DNA of 64,000 nt, taken from Dehalococcoidia bacterium (GTDB lineage: Bacteria > Chloroflexota > Dehalococcoidia > SM23-28-2 > RBG-16-64-32). Made by a program: the position numbers and the translations under genes. Location of the stretch: contig CAXXTF010000002.1 of NCBI GenBank assembly GCA_963665775.2, positions 704,001-768,000 on the forward strand, read 5' to 3'. The first letter of the stretch is position 1. Every line of letters starts with the position of its first letter. Below, piece by piece: positions 29,292 to 39,840 of this stretch. The notes beneath the pieces were generated by a model. The model did not search any database. It had not been told where the DNA came from and saw only the letters and a program-made list of their open reading frames with translations.

Positions 29292-31379
29292 TTGACTTCT
29301 GAACAGGCACAAGGAGGAACACCGCCTGGAGACGAGATGTCCATGGCCGCCCTCCTTGAGGAAGAGAGCATCCCTTACCCCCGCCTTCGTCGTGGTGAGA
29401 TCATCGAAGGGGTACTCGTAGGGACCAATCGAGATGGCATCCTGGTTGACATCGGTGCCAAGTCCGAAGGCGTAGTCCCCCCCCATGAGATGCATTGCCT
29501 GCGGCCGGAAGGACCCTCCAGCTTGCAGCCCGGGGAGAAGCTCTTAGTCTTCGTCGTCCAGCCAGAGTCCCCGGAAGGCCAGATCATCCTCTCCCTGGAC
29601 AGAGCCCGCGGCGAGCACGGCTGGCGCGTCCTGCAGGATTACCTGGACCAGAACAGCTCTTTCGAAGGGCACGTCGCCGGCAGCAACAAAGGCGGCTTAC
29701 TCGTAAACGTGGAGGGCGTAAGCGGCTTCGTCCCCCTCTCCCAAATAGTGTCCGGCCCGGACCGTAACTCCACAGAAGGCCCGGAGAGAGCTCTCCTGGC
29801 GTGGGTGGGAAGGACCCTCCACCTCAAGGTTATAGAGCTCAACCGTCGTCGCAACCGGGCCATCCTCTCAGAGCGCGCGGCCTTCCAAGAGAAACGCGCG
29901 GCGGAGAAGGAGAGACTCCTGCAGGAGATCAGCGAGGGTGAGGTCCGTAGCGGTCGGATCACCAGCATACGCGACTTCGGTATCTTCGTGGACATCGGCG
30001 GCGCTGATGGTCTGGTCCACCTCTCGGAACTCTCCTGGGAGCGCACACCAAAATCACCACACGAGCTGTTCAAGACCGGCGACGAGGTAGAGGTGTACGT
30101 CCTCAAAGTAGACCAGGAGAGCAAGCGAATCGGCCTCAGCGTGCGCCGTGCTCAACCCGAACGTTGGCTAGAGATCGTCTCGCGCTACCGTGAAGGCCAG
30201 ATAGTTCCTGGACAAGTCACGAAACTGGCTCCCTTCGGCGCCTTCGTACGACTGGAGGGACCCATCGAGGGTCTGATCCATATCTCGGAGCTCGTGGACC
30301 GACGCGTCAACCATCCCAACGAGGTGATAGATGAAGGCGACGCCGTGCCCGTCAAGATCGTCCGAATCGAGCACGACCGACACCGGCTGGGCCTGAGCCT
30401 GCGCCAGGCCCGGGACAAAGCGGAAGAAGACGGCTGGACGTTCAACGACAACGGCAGCGTGGTCTCCCCAGCACCAGGCGTATTGGACCAGCTCGGCATC
30501 GAAGAGACTGTGACCGCGCCCGCAACGGAAGCGGAGCCCGCCCAGACAGTCGCTGACGTCGAGGCGGAGGCCGCGACCGAAGCCGAATCCGAGGCGCCCA
30601 CCGTGGTAGAAGAGATCGCAGCGGAGCCGGAAGCGCAGACCTCTGCCCAGCCCACAGCGGAGATCGAGGCGGAGGCCGCGACCGAAGCCGAATCCGAGGC
30701 GCCCACCGCGGTAGAAGAGATCGCAGCGGAGCCGGAAGCGCAGACCTCTGCCCAGCCCACAGCGGAGATCGAGGCGGAGGCCGCAACCAAGATTGAGTCC
30801 GAAGCCCCCGCCGCCGTAGAACCGGAAACGGCTGTAGCGGCCGAAGAGCCACAGACGGAAGCCGCGCCAGCGGTGGCGGCAGACGAAGCCGCGTCTGACG
30901 AGCCGGCGCCAGAAGCGGAGCCCCAAGCGGAGGTAGCGACCGTGCCAGAAGGCTCGGCGGAAGCGGAGCCGGAAGCAACTGCGGAAGCGCCGCCAGTGGA
31001 GGCGGCAGACGAAGCCGCGTCTGACGAGCCGGCGCCAGAAGCGGAGCCCCAAGCAGAGGTTGCGACCGCACCAGAAGGCTCAGCGGAAGCGGAGCCGGAA
31101 GCGGCGGCGGAGCCAGAAGCAACTGCGGAAGCGCCGCCAGTGGAGGCGGCAGAGGACACCGCATCCGACAAGCCGGCGCCGGAAGTAGCGACCGCACCCG
31201 AAGGCTCAACGGAAGCGGAGACCGAGACACCCATCCAAACCCCTGAAGAGCAGAATGCAACGGAACAGCAGCCAGAAGCGTTCAATAAAGAGGGGGAAAC
31301 GCTGACAACCAGCGAGTCTGCTCCTGTGGAACCGATCTTGAGTAGCCAGACGCAAGCGGAGAGAGAGAGCGGGAGTTGA
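29292..31379 (+). CDS. rpsA: 30S ribosomal protein S1 with long acidic repeat tail
   Basis: Four S1 domains (VDIGAKSEG, GFVPLSQ, DGLVHLSELSW, EGLIHISEL); TTG start after GGAGGT. Confidence 0.93.
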   Translation: MTSEQAQGGTPPGDEMSMAALLEEESIPYPRLRRGEIIEGVLVGTNRDGILVDIGAKSEGVVPPHEMHCLRPEGPSSLQPGEKLLVFVVQPESPEGQIILSLDRARGEHGWRVLQDYLDQNSSFEGHVAGSNKGGLLVNVEGVSGFVPLSQIVSGPDRNSTEGPERALLAWVGRTLHLKVIELNRRRNRAILSERAAFQEKRAAEKERLLQEISEGEVRSGRITSIRDFGIFVDIGGADGLVHLSELSWERTPKSPHELFKTGDEVEVYVLKVDQESKRIGLSVRRAQPERWLEIVSRYREGQIVPGQVTKLAPFGAFVRLEGPIEGLIHISELVDRRVNHPNEVIDEGDAVPVKIVRIEHDRHRLGLSLRQARDKAEEDGWTFNDNGSVVSPAPGVLDQLGIEETVTAPATEAEPAQTVADVEAEAATEAESEAPTVVEEIAAEPEAQTSAQPTAEIEAEAATEAESEAPTAVEEIAAEPEAQTSAQPTAEIEAEAATKIESEAPAAVEPETAVAAEEPQTEAAPAVAADEAASDEPAPEAEPQAEVATVPEGSAEAEPEATAEAPPVEAADEAASDEPAPEAEPQAEVATAPEGSAEAEPEAAAEPEATAEAPPVEAAEDTASDKPAPEVATAPEGSTEAETETPIQTPEEQNATEQQPEAFNKEGETLTTSESAPVEPILSSQTQAERESGS
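30561..30820 (+). repeat. 105-bp coding tandem repeat (two full copies plus one partial)
   Basis: GAGGCGGAGGCCGC recurs at 30561, 30666 and 30771. Confidence 0.9.
30876..31220 (+). repeat. 126-bp coding tandem repeat (about 2.5 copies)
   Basis: AGACGAAGCCGCGTCTGACGAGCCGGCGCC at 30881 and 31007; degenerate third copy at 31151. Confidence 0.85.
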
Positions 31380-31382
31380 AAT

Positions 31383-33848
31383 ATGGCTGACAGATTCGAT
31401 AAGTTCACCGAGCGCGCCCGCCGGGTCCTCACCCTGGCTCAGGAAGAGGCCCTACGCTTCAACCACAACTACATCGGCACGGAACACCTCCTCCTCGGCC
31501 TCGTCCGTGAAGGAGACGGGGTAGCCGCCAAGGTCCTGGCTAACCTCGGCGTTGAGCTCAACAAGGTACGCTCCGCCGTCGAATTCATCATCGGCCGTGG
31601 CGACCGGGCCGTCACCGGCGAGATCGGACTCACCCCCCGTGCCAAAAAGGTTATCGAACTGGCCGTCGACGAGGCACGCCGCCTCGGCCACCACTACATC
31701 GGCACGGAACACCTCCTCCTCGGCCTCGTCCGTGAAGGCGAGGGCATCGCCGCCGGCGTTCTAGCAAGCCTGGGCATCAGCCTGGACAAGGTCCGCGGGG
31801 AGGTCACTCGCATACTCTCCCAAAGCATGCCCCAGGGCACCGCTCAGGGAGGCCGTGCTGCCCCCACCCGCACCCCCACCGTCGACCAGCTGGGGATAGA
31901 CCTTACGGCCGCTGCCAGAGCCGGAAAGTTGGACCCCGTCATCGGTCGCGAAAAGGAGATCGAGCGGGTCATCCAGATCCTCTCACGGCGTACCAAGAAC
32001 AACCCGGTGCTCATTGGCGAGGCCGGCGTCGGTAAGACCGCCATCGTGGAGGCCCTGGCCCAGCGCGTCGTCAACAGCGAAGTCCCGGATACGGTCACCG
32101 GCCGCCGCATCGTGACCCTGGACATCGGCTCCCTGGTGGCTGGCACGAAGTACCGCGGCGAGTTCGAGGAGCGGCTGAAGAAGGTCATCGAGGAGCTGAA
32201 GAACGCCAGCAACTGCATCCTCTTCATCGACGAGATGCACATGCTGGTGGGCGCCGGCGCCGCCGAGGGTGCCGTGGACGCCGCCAACATCCTCAAGCCA
32301 TCCCTGGCCCGCGGCGAGATCCAATGTGTGGGCGCCACCACCCTGGATGACTACCGCAAACACATCGAAAGGGACGCCGCCCTGGAGCGCCGCCTCCAGC
32401 CCATCATCGTCAACGAACCCTCTGCCGAAGAGAGCATCGAGATCCTCAAGGGGATCAAGAGCCGGTACGAGGAACACCACAAGCTCACCATTACCGATGA
32501 GGCCGTGCAGGTTGCAGTCGAACTCGCCTCCCGCTACGTGCCGGATCGCTTCCTCCCGGACAAGGCCATCGATCTCATCGACGAGACCGCCTCCCGTGTG
32601 CGCATCAAGCGCTCCTACTCGCCACCCTCGCTAAAGGAGGCCAACCAGCGGCTGGAGGACCTGCGCCGCGAGAAAGAGGCCGCCATCGCCGCCCAGCAGT
32701 ATGAGCAGGCCGCCGAACTCCGCGACCGTGAGGTCAAGCTCCAAGACGAGCTCCAGGGTATGGAGAACGGCTGGGCCACAGAACGCGAGGAGAACAAGCC
32801 GGAGGTCAGCGCAGAGGATGTCTGCGAGGTCCTCGCCATGTGGACCGGCATCCCCGTCACCCGCATCGCCTCCGAAGAGTCCCAGCGCCTACTGGGCATG
32901 GAGGACGTCCTGCACGAGAAGGTCGTGGGCCAAGACGAGCCGATCCACCTGATCGCCAAGGCCGTCCGTCGCGCCCGCGCCGGCATCAAGGACCCCCGTC
33001 GGCCCATCGGCGCCTTCATGTTCCTGGGCCCTACCGGTGTCGGCAAAACGTATCTGGCCCGCATCCTGGCCGAGTTCATGTTCGGCAGCGAAGACGCCAT
33101 GATCAAGCTGGACATGTCCGAGTTCATGGAGAAGCACAACGTCTCCCGCCTCATCGGCGCCCCTCCTGGCTATGTCGGCTACGACGACGCCGGCCAGCTC
33201 ACCGACGCCGTCCGTCGCAAGTCCTACTGCCTCATCCTCCTGGACGAGATCGAGAAGGCCCACCCGGAGGTCTACAACATGCTGCTCCAGGTCTTCGATG
33301 ACGGCCACCTCACCGATGCCAAGGGCCGCCGCGTCGACTTCCGCAACACGATCATTATCATGACCTCCAACGTCGGATCTGACCTCATCCGCAAGGAGAC
33401 CACCCTGGGATTCTCCATCAAGACCGATGATTCCAAGACCGAAGAGGATCGGTACGAGAAGATGAAGGACAAAGTCCTTACCGCTATGAAAGGCGTCTTC
33501 CGTCCGGAGTTCCTCAACCGCTTGGACTCTACAGTCGTCTTCCATGCCCTGTCACACGAGCACATCCGCCAGATCGTCGAGAACGAGATGAAGGAGATCG
33601 AGAAGCAGATCGTGAGCAAGGGCGTCAAGCTTGAGATGACCGACGCCGCCAAAGACTGGATAGGCGAAAAGGGCTACGACCCGGTCTTCGGGGCACGCCC
33701 CCTCCGCCGCGTCATCCAGAGTGAGGTCGAGGACCCCCTCTCCGAGGCGATCCTGGCGGAACGCTTCCAGGATGGCGACACCGTCCGCGTAGACATCCAG
33801 AACGGCGAGATCGTCCTCACCACCGTCTCCGAGCCGGCCCTCGCCTGA
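31383..33848 (+). CDS. clpC: ATP-dependent Clp protease ATPase ClpC
   Basis: Two Clp_N repeats, [11 protein letters not shown] coiled coil, [15 protein letters not shown]. Confidence 0.96.
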   Translation: MADRFDKFTERARRVLTLAQEEALRFNHNYIGTEHLLLGLVREGDGVAAKVLANLGVELNKVRSAVEFIIGRGDRAVTGEIGLTPRAKKVIELAVDEARRLGHHYIGTEHLLLGLVREGEGIAAGVLASLGISLDKVRGEVTRILSQSMPQGTAQGGRAAPTRTPTVDQLGIDLTAAARAGKLDPVIGREKEIERVIQILSRRTKNNPVLIGEAGVGKTAIVEALAQRVVNSEVPDTVTGRRIVTLDIGSLVAGTKYRGEFEERLKKVIEELKNASNCILFIDEMHMLVGAGAAEGAVDAANILKPSLARGEIQCVGATTLDDYRKHIERDAALERRLQPIIVNEPSAEESIEILKGIKSRYEEHHKLTITDEAVQVAVELASRYVPDRFLPDKAIDLIDETASRVRIKRSYSPPSLKEANQRLEDLRREKEAAIAAQQYEQAAELRDREVKLQDELQGMENGWATEREENKPEVSAEDVCEVLAMWTGIPVTRIASEESQRLLGMEDVLHEKVVGQDEPIHLIAKAVRRARAGIKDPRRPIGAFMFLGPTGVGKTYLARILAEFMFGSEDAMIKLDMSEFMEKHNVSRLIGAPPGYVGYDDAGQLTDAVRRKSYCLILLDEIEKAHPEVYNMLLQVFDDGHLTDAKGRRVDFRNTIIIMTSNVGSDLIRKETTLGFSIKTDDSKTEEDRYEKMKDKVLTAMKGVFRPEFLNRLDSTVVFHALSHEHIRQIVENEMKEIEKQIVSKGVKLEMTDAAKDWIGEKGYDPVFGARPLRRVIQSEVEDPLSEAILAERFQDGDTVRVDIQNGEIVLTTVSEPALA

Positions 33849-33870
33849 CGGTGCAGAGTAGCAGCAAGAT

Positions 33871-33905
33871 GGAGCCGCCCGTTACGGGCGGCTCCCGGCT
33901 TTTCT
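33871..33905 (+). terminator. Intrinsic terminator after clpC
   Basis: GGAGCCGCCCG-TTA-CGGGCGGCTCC followed by CGGCTTTTCT. Confidence 0.75.
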
Positions 33906-34003
33906 GAACCTCCCGATACGGAGCAGACTAAAGGCTGCTACGTTCATGCCGCAGCGCTGTTGGCGTCCCGCCCCCCGTCTGCCATAATGCCCCCGAGACC
34001 CCC

Positions 34004-35374
34004 ATGTCCAGTGCCAAGCCGCCCCGTACCGTCTTCACCTGCCAGGAGTGCGGTCATGAGAGCCCCAAATGGCTCGGCCGCTGCCCTGACTGCGCCTCCT
34101 GGAACAGCTTCACGGAGAGGACCAGCAGCCGCGGATCACGGGCCGCCGCCAGACCCCGCCCCAGCCTGCCGCCCGTCGAGCTGTCCCGCCTAGACCACGA
34201 CGACGAGCCCCGCCTCGCCCTCGGCCTCCCCGAGTTCGACCGCGTCCTCGGTGGCGGTATCGTACCCGGCTCCCTGGTCCTCATCGGCGGCGACCCCGGT
34301 ATCGGCAAGTCCACCCTCCTCCTTCAGATCGCCGCCCGCGCCGCCGGCAGCCAGGGCCATCCCGTCCTCTACCTCTCAGGCGAGGAGTCCGCCGCTCAGC
34401 TCAAGCTACGCGCCGCCCGCCTCGGCCTCCCCGGCGACGCCCTGTTCGTCCTTACGGAGACCGACCTGCAAGCCGCCCTGGCTGAGGCTGAGGCCCTCTC
34501 CCCCGCCCTCGTAATCGTCGACTCCATCCAGACCGTCTACAGCGCGGCCGCGCCCCAGGCCCCGGGCAGCGTGGCCCAGCTCCGCCAGTGCACCATGGAG
34601 CTCATGCGCTGGGCCAAGGGCTCCGCCGTCCCCGTCTTCATCGTCGGTCACGTCACCAAGGAGGGCGATATCGCCGGCCCCCGGCTCCTGGAGCACATCG
34701 TGGACGCCGTCCTCTACCTGGAGGGCGAACGGTTCAGCAACTACCGCCTCCTGCGCGGCGCCAAGAACCGCTTCGGCTCCATCGACGAAGTCGGCGTCTT
34801 CGAAATGACCGGCGAAGGGCTTCGCGGCGTCGACAACCCCTCGGAAGCGTTCATCGCCGAGCGGGCCAGCGATGCCGCGGGGTCCGTGATCGTCCCCACT
34901 GTAGAGGGCAGCCGGCCCCTTCTGGTTGAAATCCAGGCTCTCACGAACCCCACAGCCACTCCTACCCCCCGCCGTACTGCTAACGGCCTGGACCAGGGCC
35001 GCCTCCTTCTCGTATCCGCCGTCCTGAGCCGCCGTCTGGGCCTCCCGCTCGCTACCCAGGACATCATCGCCTCCGTGGTGGGCGGCCTGCGCGTGCAGGA
35101 ACCGGCCGCCGACCTGGCGCTGGCCCTGGCCATCGTCTCCTCCCATCGCGATAAGCCCGTCCCGCCCGACCTCGTCGCCCTGGGCGAGATCGGCCTCTCC
35201 GGCGAGCTACGCTCCGTCACCCAGCTTGACCGCCGCCTGGCGGAGGCCGAGCGGCTGGGCTTCCGCCGCTGCCTCCTGCCCCAGGCCGCCCTCCGCCGCC
35301 CGCCAGCCAAGACCGTGATGGAGCTGCTGCCAGCGGCCACCCTGCGGGAGGCGATCAAGACGGCGCTGGCTTAA
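34004..35374 (+). CDS. radA: DNA repair protein RadA/Sms
   Basis: CQECG..CPDC zinc finger, GDPGIGKST, KNRFG. Confidence 0.97.
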   Translation: MSSAKPPRTVFTCQECGHESPKWLGRCPDCASWNSFTERTSSRGSRAAARPRPSLPPVELSRLDHDDEPRLALGLPEFDRVLGGGIVPGSLVLIGGDPGIGKSTLLLQIAARAAGSQGHPVLYLSGEESAAQLKLRAARLGLPGDALFVLTETDLQAALAEAEALSPALVIVDSIQTVYSAAAPQAPGSVAQLRQCTMELMRWAKGSAVPVFIVGHVTKEGDIAGPRLLEHIVDAVLYLEGERFSNYRLLRGAKNRFGSIDEVGVFEMTGEGLRGVDNPSEAFIAERASDAAGSVIVPTVEGSRPLLVEIQALTNPTATPTPRRTANGLDQGRLLLVSAVLSRRLGLPLATQDIIASVVGGLRVQEPAADLALALAIVSSHRDKPVPPDLVALGEIGLSGELRSVTQLDRRLAEAERLGFRRCLLPQAALRRPPAKTVMELLPAATLREAIKTALA

Positions 35375-35380
35375 TACGGC

Positions 35381-36493
35381 CTAGAACTCGATCTGCTTGT
35401 GCCGCAGGACTATCCCCTGCAACAGCCCCAACGCCACGAACAGCATGATCAGGGAGCTACCCCCCTGACTGATGAAGGGCAGAGGAATCCCCGTCACCGG
35501 CAGTAGCCGGATGTTCACCGCCACGTTGATGAACACCTGGAACAGGATCATGATCACGATCCCCGTCGCCACCAGCCGCCCGAACTGGTCTCGCGCCAGC
35601 GATGCCACCCGGATGCCCCGGAACAGCAGCGCGATGAACAGTCCGAACAGCACCAGCGCCCCCACGAGCCCCAACTCCTCCCCCAACACACTGAAGATAT
35701 AGTCCGTCGTCGGCGTCCGGAGGAAGTCGGACTGGATCTGCGTCCCTTCCGTCAGCCCCTTGCCGAACAGCCCGCCGGAGCCCACGCTGATCTCCGCCTG
35801 CAGTATGTTGAACCCTCCACCCAGGGGGTCTGCGTTGGGATTCAGCCACAGTCCGATGCGCTCCCGCTGGTAGTCGCCCATTATGGCCAGAGTAGCGAAC
35901 GGGATCACCGACACCATAAACCCGAACAGCACCATCATGTAGCGCATCGGAACCCCTGCCACTACCACCATGCCCAGCCAGATCGCCCCGAAGATGATCG
36001 CCGTCCCCATGTCCGGCTCTACCAGGACCAGCGCCGCCGGCAGCGCCGCCATCGCCAGCGAAACCAAGAAGACACGCAGCTGATGCATCTGCCCCTGGCG
36101 GTCGGCCAGGTAGCGGGCCAGCGCCACTATCATCAGCAGCTTGGCCACCTCCGAGGCCTGGATCTGCGTCCCCGCGAAGCTGAACCACCGCCGCGAGCCG
36201 AATGCGGGATCACCCACCACCAGCACCAACGCCAGCATCACTATGGCCAGGGCATATAGCACCGGTGCCATCTGACCGAAGATTCGGTAGTCCAGCCAGA
36301 CCACGAACGCCATCAAACCCAGCCCAGCCACCGCGAAGGCCGTCTGTTTCACCAGCGGATGCTCCAGGCTGGAGATGCCGTCCGGGTAGGAGTTCAGTGA
36401 CGCGCTGTAGAGGAGGAGAGCCCCGTACGAGACCAGCGCCGCCGCCAGGAGCAGCAGCGGTACGTCGAAGTGACGGATCAGCCGCCGCTCCAT
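35381..36493 (-). CDS. rodA: Rod shape-determining SEDS protein RodA
   Basis: GSRRW, QASE, EPDMGT, TDYIFS..GEELG, PVTGIPLPFISQGGSS. Confidence 0.95.
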   Translation of the reverse strand: MERRLIRHFDVPLLLLAAALVSYGALLLYSASLNSYPDGISSLEHPLVKQTAFAVAGLGLMAFVVWLDYRIFGQMAPVLYALAIVMLALVLVVGDPAFGSRRWFSFAGTQIQASEVAKLLMIVALARYLADRQGQMHQLRVFLVSLAMAALPAALVLVEPDMGTAIIFGAIWLGMVVVAGVPMRYMMVLFGFMVSVIPFATLAIMGDYQRERIGLWLNPNADPLGGGFNILQAEISVGSGGLFGKGLTEGTQIQSDFLRTPTTDYIFSVLGEELGLVGALVLFGLFIALLFRGIRVASLARDQFGRLVATGIVIMILFQVFINVAVNIRLLPVTGIPLPFISQGGSSLIMLFVALGLLQGIVLRHKQIEF

Positions 36494-38404
36494 CTACTGC
36501 CCCCCCTCGGACTTCTGCGCCAGCTGAGCACCGTTGAAGTAATAATCAAGAATCTTAGCCGCCGCCGCCGCGTTCTGCCCGCCTTCCCCCCGCTGCACGA
36601 ACACCACTATCGCCACTTCCGGCTCCTCGTAGGGAGCAAACCCCACGAACCAGCCGTGTGTCTCAAAGGAGCCGTCCTCTCGTGCCAGCCCGAACTCCGC
36701 CGTCCCCGTCTTGCCCGCAACCGCCAATCCCGACACCGCCGCCGTATCGGCCACCCCGTTCGTCACCGACTGAAGCATCGCCTCTCCCACGATATCCAGA
36801 TAGGACCGCTCTACGGGCACCGTCCGGCGCACCTCCGTCTCCACCTGCTGCAGTATGTTGCCCTGATCGTCCCGCACCTCCATCAACAGATGCGGAATCA
36901 ACAGCTTGCCCCCGTTAGCGATGGCCGCCACAGCAGTCACCATCTGCAGCGGTGTCACCGAAAGATACCCCTGCCCGATCCCGAAGTTGTAGGTGTCGCC
37001 CAGCGTCCACGGATCGCCGACGGTCTCCTCCTTCCAGATCGCATCGGGCACGACACCCGCTGACTCCCCCGGCAGATCGATCCCCGATATCTCGCCCAGA
37101 CCGAACGCGCGCGCATACAGTGCGACCCGCTCCTCTCCCAGGCCACGGAATTCGTCCTCCGAATTCCCCCCAGCCAGGTAGTAGAAGTACACGTTGGAAG
37201 ACATCGCGAGGCCGCCATAGAAATCCAGCGCCCCCAGGGCGGCCCAGTCCGGGAACAGCTCCAGGGCGTTGGGATTGTACTCGTTCTGGACAAGGATATA
37301 CCCCTCGCTGATGATCACCGTCCCCGCCGTGGCTACGCCTTCCTGTAGGGCCGCCGCTCCCACGATGGGCTTGAAGCTGCTGCCCGGTGGATACCTCTCG
37401 GCGATGGTGTGGTTCACCAGGGGCTTGCCGACATCCTCAAGCACAGCTGCTAAATCCGCCTCACTCAGCGACCCCGTGAAGATGTTACTATCGAACGTCG
37501 GCAGGGACACCATCGCCAGCACCTCACCCGTGTGCACGTCCATCACCACCGCCGCCGCATTGTCGGAGGAGCCGGCGTACTGCGCCAGCACCCTCACCAC
37601 TTCGTTCTGCAGCTCCACGTCGATCGTCAGAACCAGGTTCGACCCGTCCAACGGCCGTCGCTCGGAGATCACCTCGAGTTCACGACCAGCGGCATTCACC
37701 TCTATCAACTTTTCCCCCGGCTTGCCCCGCAAGATCGGCTCGTAGAACAGCTCCACACCGCTCTTACCGATGAAATCCTGCACCAGGTACTCCAGCTCGC
37801 TAAAGGCCACGAACTCCTCTGCGGAGATCGGACCCACATAGCCCAGCACGTGCGACAGGCTGGACCCGGCCACGTAGCTCCGCGCCGGCTCCATCAGCAG
37901 CCTGAGACCGGGCGCGTGAGGCTCCAGCTCCTTCAGGATCAGCGCCGTCTCCCAATCAAGCCCCTCCTTGATCACCGCCGGACTGTACGCCCCCTCCCGC
38001 GCCTCACCTTCACTTACCCTCTCCTCGATCTCCGCCACCGGAACCCCGATCACCGACGCCAGCAACCGGTAAACGTCACCCTCGCCCCCCTCCGGCAGGT
38101 CGCCCGGCACGATCGCCGCCGAGAACACCGCCGAGTTCTGCACCAGGGGCCGCAGGTTCCGATCATAGATGAGGCCCCGCGCCGGCGGAATCTGTACCTC
38201 CCTCAGGGCATTTATCTCCGCCCGCTGAGCGTACTCATCGCCCTGGACCACCTGCATACGGACTAGCTGCACTATCAAGATCCCGAACAGCAGGATAACC
38301 AGCGCCCGTAGCCACGTGAACATCGGGCGCCCATCGCCAGACCGCTGCCGATCCGGCTTCGGCTTCTTGCTACGCCACCGTTTACGCCGCCCTGAAGTAT
38401 CCAT
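36494..38404 (-). CDS. mrdA: Penicillin-binding protein 2
   Basis: RGLIYDR, SxxK (PGSSFK), SSN and KTG motifs. Confidence 0.95.
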   Translation of the reverse strand: MDTSGRRKRWRSKKPKPDRQRSGDGRPMFTWLRALVILLFGILIVQLVRMQVVQGDEYAQRAEINALREVQIPPARGLIYDRNLRPLVQNSAVFSAAIVPGDLPEGGEGDVYRLLASVIGVPVAEIEERVSEGEAREGAYSPAVIKEGLDWETALILKELEPHAPGLRLLMEPARSYVAGSSLSHVLGYVGPISAEEFVAFSELEYLVQDFIGKSGVELFYEPILRGKPGEKLIEVNAAGRELEVISERRPLDGSNLVLTIDVELQNEVVRVLAQYAGSSDNAAAVVMDVHTGEVLAMVSLPTFDSNIFTGSLSEADLAAVLEDVGKPLVNHTIAERYPPGSSFKPIVGAAALQEGVATAGTVIISEGYILVQNEYNPNALELFPDWAALGALDFYGGLAMSSNVYFYYLAGGNSEDEFRGLGEERVALYARAFGLGEISGIDLPGESAGVVPDAIWKEETVGDPWTLGDTYNFGIGQGYLSVTPLQMVTAVAAIANGGKLLIPHLLMEVRDDQGNILQQVETEVRRTVPVERSYLDIVGEAMLQSVTNGVADTAAVSGLAVAGKTGTAEFGLAREDGSFETHGWFVGFAPYEEPEVAIVVFVQRGEGGQNAAAAAKILDYYFNGAQLAQKSEGGQ

Positions 38405-38410
38405 CGCTCC

Positions 38411-38929
38411 CTACAGCGGCACCGTCCGGCCGAGCCTGGCCATTCCCTGCCCCGGCTCGGGGCTCAGCCAGCGTACCGGCAGATATACGATGGGCGTAAA
38501 CAATGCGTTCCCTATCGCTGTCGGCAGCATCACCCATAGCAGACCATCCACCCAGGGGACCCCCTGTCCTGTGGCGGTCAGGACAGTCATGCTAAGGAGA
38601 GCGTAAATCAGACTACCGGCCACCACCGCGATCAACGTGAGCACGAGATCCGATTCCACGGCCCGCAGCTCTCTTATGACTACCAGCAGCACTATGGGCG
38701 CCAAAGCCAGCACCGAGGTTCCCACCGGATCACTGGTGGTCAGGTCCTTCATGAGACCCGCCAGAGGAACGACCACTGCCGCCTCCCGCTGTCCCCGCAC
38801 CATCGTCCAGCACACCGCAAAGATCAGGATCAGGTCCGGCGTGACCCCCAGCACCTTCACGGAAGGCATAGCGGAAGCCCCCAGAACGGCCAGGAAGAAC
38901 GCGGCGCCGGCGGCCACTACGTATCTCAC
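38411..38929 (-). CDS. mreD: Rod shape-determining protein MreD
   Basis: Hydrophobic, PDLIL, GLMKDL; operon position. Confidence 0.88.
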   Translation of the reverse strand: MRYVVAAGAAFFLAVLGASAMPSVKVLGVTPDLILIFAVCWTMVRGQREAAVVVPLAGLMKDLTTSDPVGTSVLALAPIVLLVVIRELRAVESDLVLTLIAVVAGSLIYALLSMTVLTATGQGVPWVDGLLWVMLPTAIGNALFTPIVYLPVRWLSPEPGQGMARLGRTVPL

Positions 38930-39777
38930 GGCCCTTCTAACCTCGCCGGCCGGAAGCTGGTCAGCACAAGCACCGTCTCCAGCGACGAAAGTGCCGCCGC
39001 CGGCTCTATGATCGCCCGCTTGAAGGGCGCCTGCGGCTGCTCCTCCACCGATTCCACACTGCCGATGAGAAGCGCACGTGGGTAGTTCCCGCCCAGACCC
39101 GAGGTTGTCACCAGACTCCCCTCGATCACCTCGGAATCCGAGGGTAGCAGCTCCAGGACCAACCCTCGACGCAGATCACCGCCAATCACCCCCTGTGCCG
39201 GCGAACCATCCTCCGGCTCCGATCCGCTACCAGCCACCTGCGCGTTCACCGCGCTGTCTGGATCCGTGACCAGGCGCACCCAAGCGAACCCCTCGTACGC
39301 ACGCGATATCGTCCCCACGAGACTGCCGTTTCTGGACAGCACCGCCATCCCCTCCTCCACACCATCGCTCACCCCCCGATCGATAGCGACGAACCGTTTT
39401 AGACCGGACGGGTCCCGCGCCGCCACGTTAGCCACCAGGAACTCGTCATCCGGTCGGCTCTGCTTCACGCCCAGCGCATCTTCCAGCTCCCGAATGCGTA
39501 GCTCGGCATCCTGCTCGGCCACCGTCTGCCCCTGCAGCCGTTCCAGCTCCTCCTTCAGCCGCCGGTTCTCCCGGACAAGTTCGCCCCGGTCCACGATCCC
39601 CTCGAAGAATTCGCTGACGGAGTTCGCTAGGTCGCGGAAGCCGCCCTCCACGGGCGATGTGATGCGCAGGGAGAAGTTCTCCAAAGGGTCTAGGGCACGC
39701 TGATGGGAGAGGACGATGCCCACTACGCTAACGGTTACCACCGTTAGCAACCACCACATCACTCGCACCCGGTACAT
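38926..39777 (-). CDS. mreC: Rod shape-determining protein MreC
   Basis: TM, ENRRLK coiled coil, IDRG..DGV, VTTSGLGGNYP. Confidence 0.93.
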   Translation of the reverse strand: MYRVRVMWWLLTVVTVSVVGIVLSHQRALDPLENFSLRITSPVEGGFRDLANSVSEFFEGIVDRGELVRENRRLKEELERLQGQTVAEQDAELRIRELEDALGVKQSRPDDEFLVANVAARDPSGLKRFVAIDRGVSDGVEEGMAVLSRNGSLVGTISRAYEGFAWVRLVTDPDSAVNAQVAGSGSEPEDGSPAQGVIGGDLRRGLVLELLPSDSEVIEGSLVTTSGLGGNYPRALLIGSVESVEEQPQAPFKRAIIEPAAALSSLETVLVLTSFRPARLEGP

Positions 39778-39840
39778 GGCCTCCGCACGTTCTTGGTCCC
39801 TTGGTGGCCCGTCCCACCGGCACCCACTGCCCCACGCCGC

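Noticed and set aside
30561-31220. Tandem repeats as a possible CRISPR array
   Set aside because: Units are 105 and 126 bp, in frame, with no unique spacers and no cas genes
30185-31432. 415-aa Ser/Ala-rich minus-strand ORF resembling an adhesin
   Set aside because: Mirror frame of the rpsA repeat tail; no signal peptide or RBS
31440-31745. Near-identical DNA repeat at the start of clpC (CACTACATCGGCACGGAACACCTCCTCCTCGGCCTCGTCCGTGAAGG region)
   Set aside because: Normal duplicated Clp_N motif
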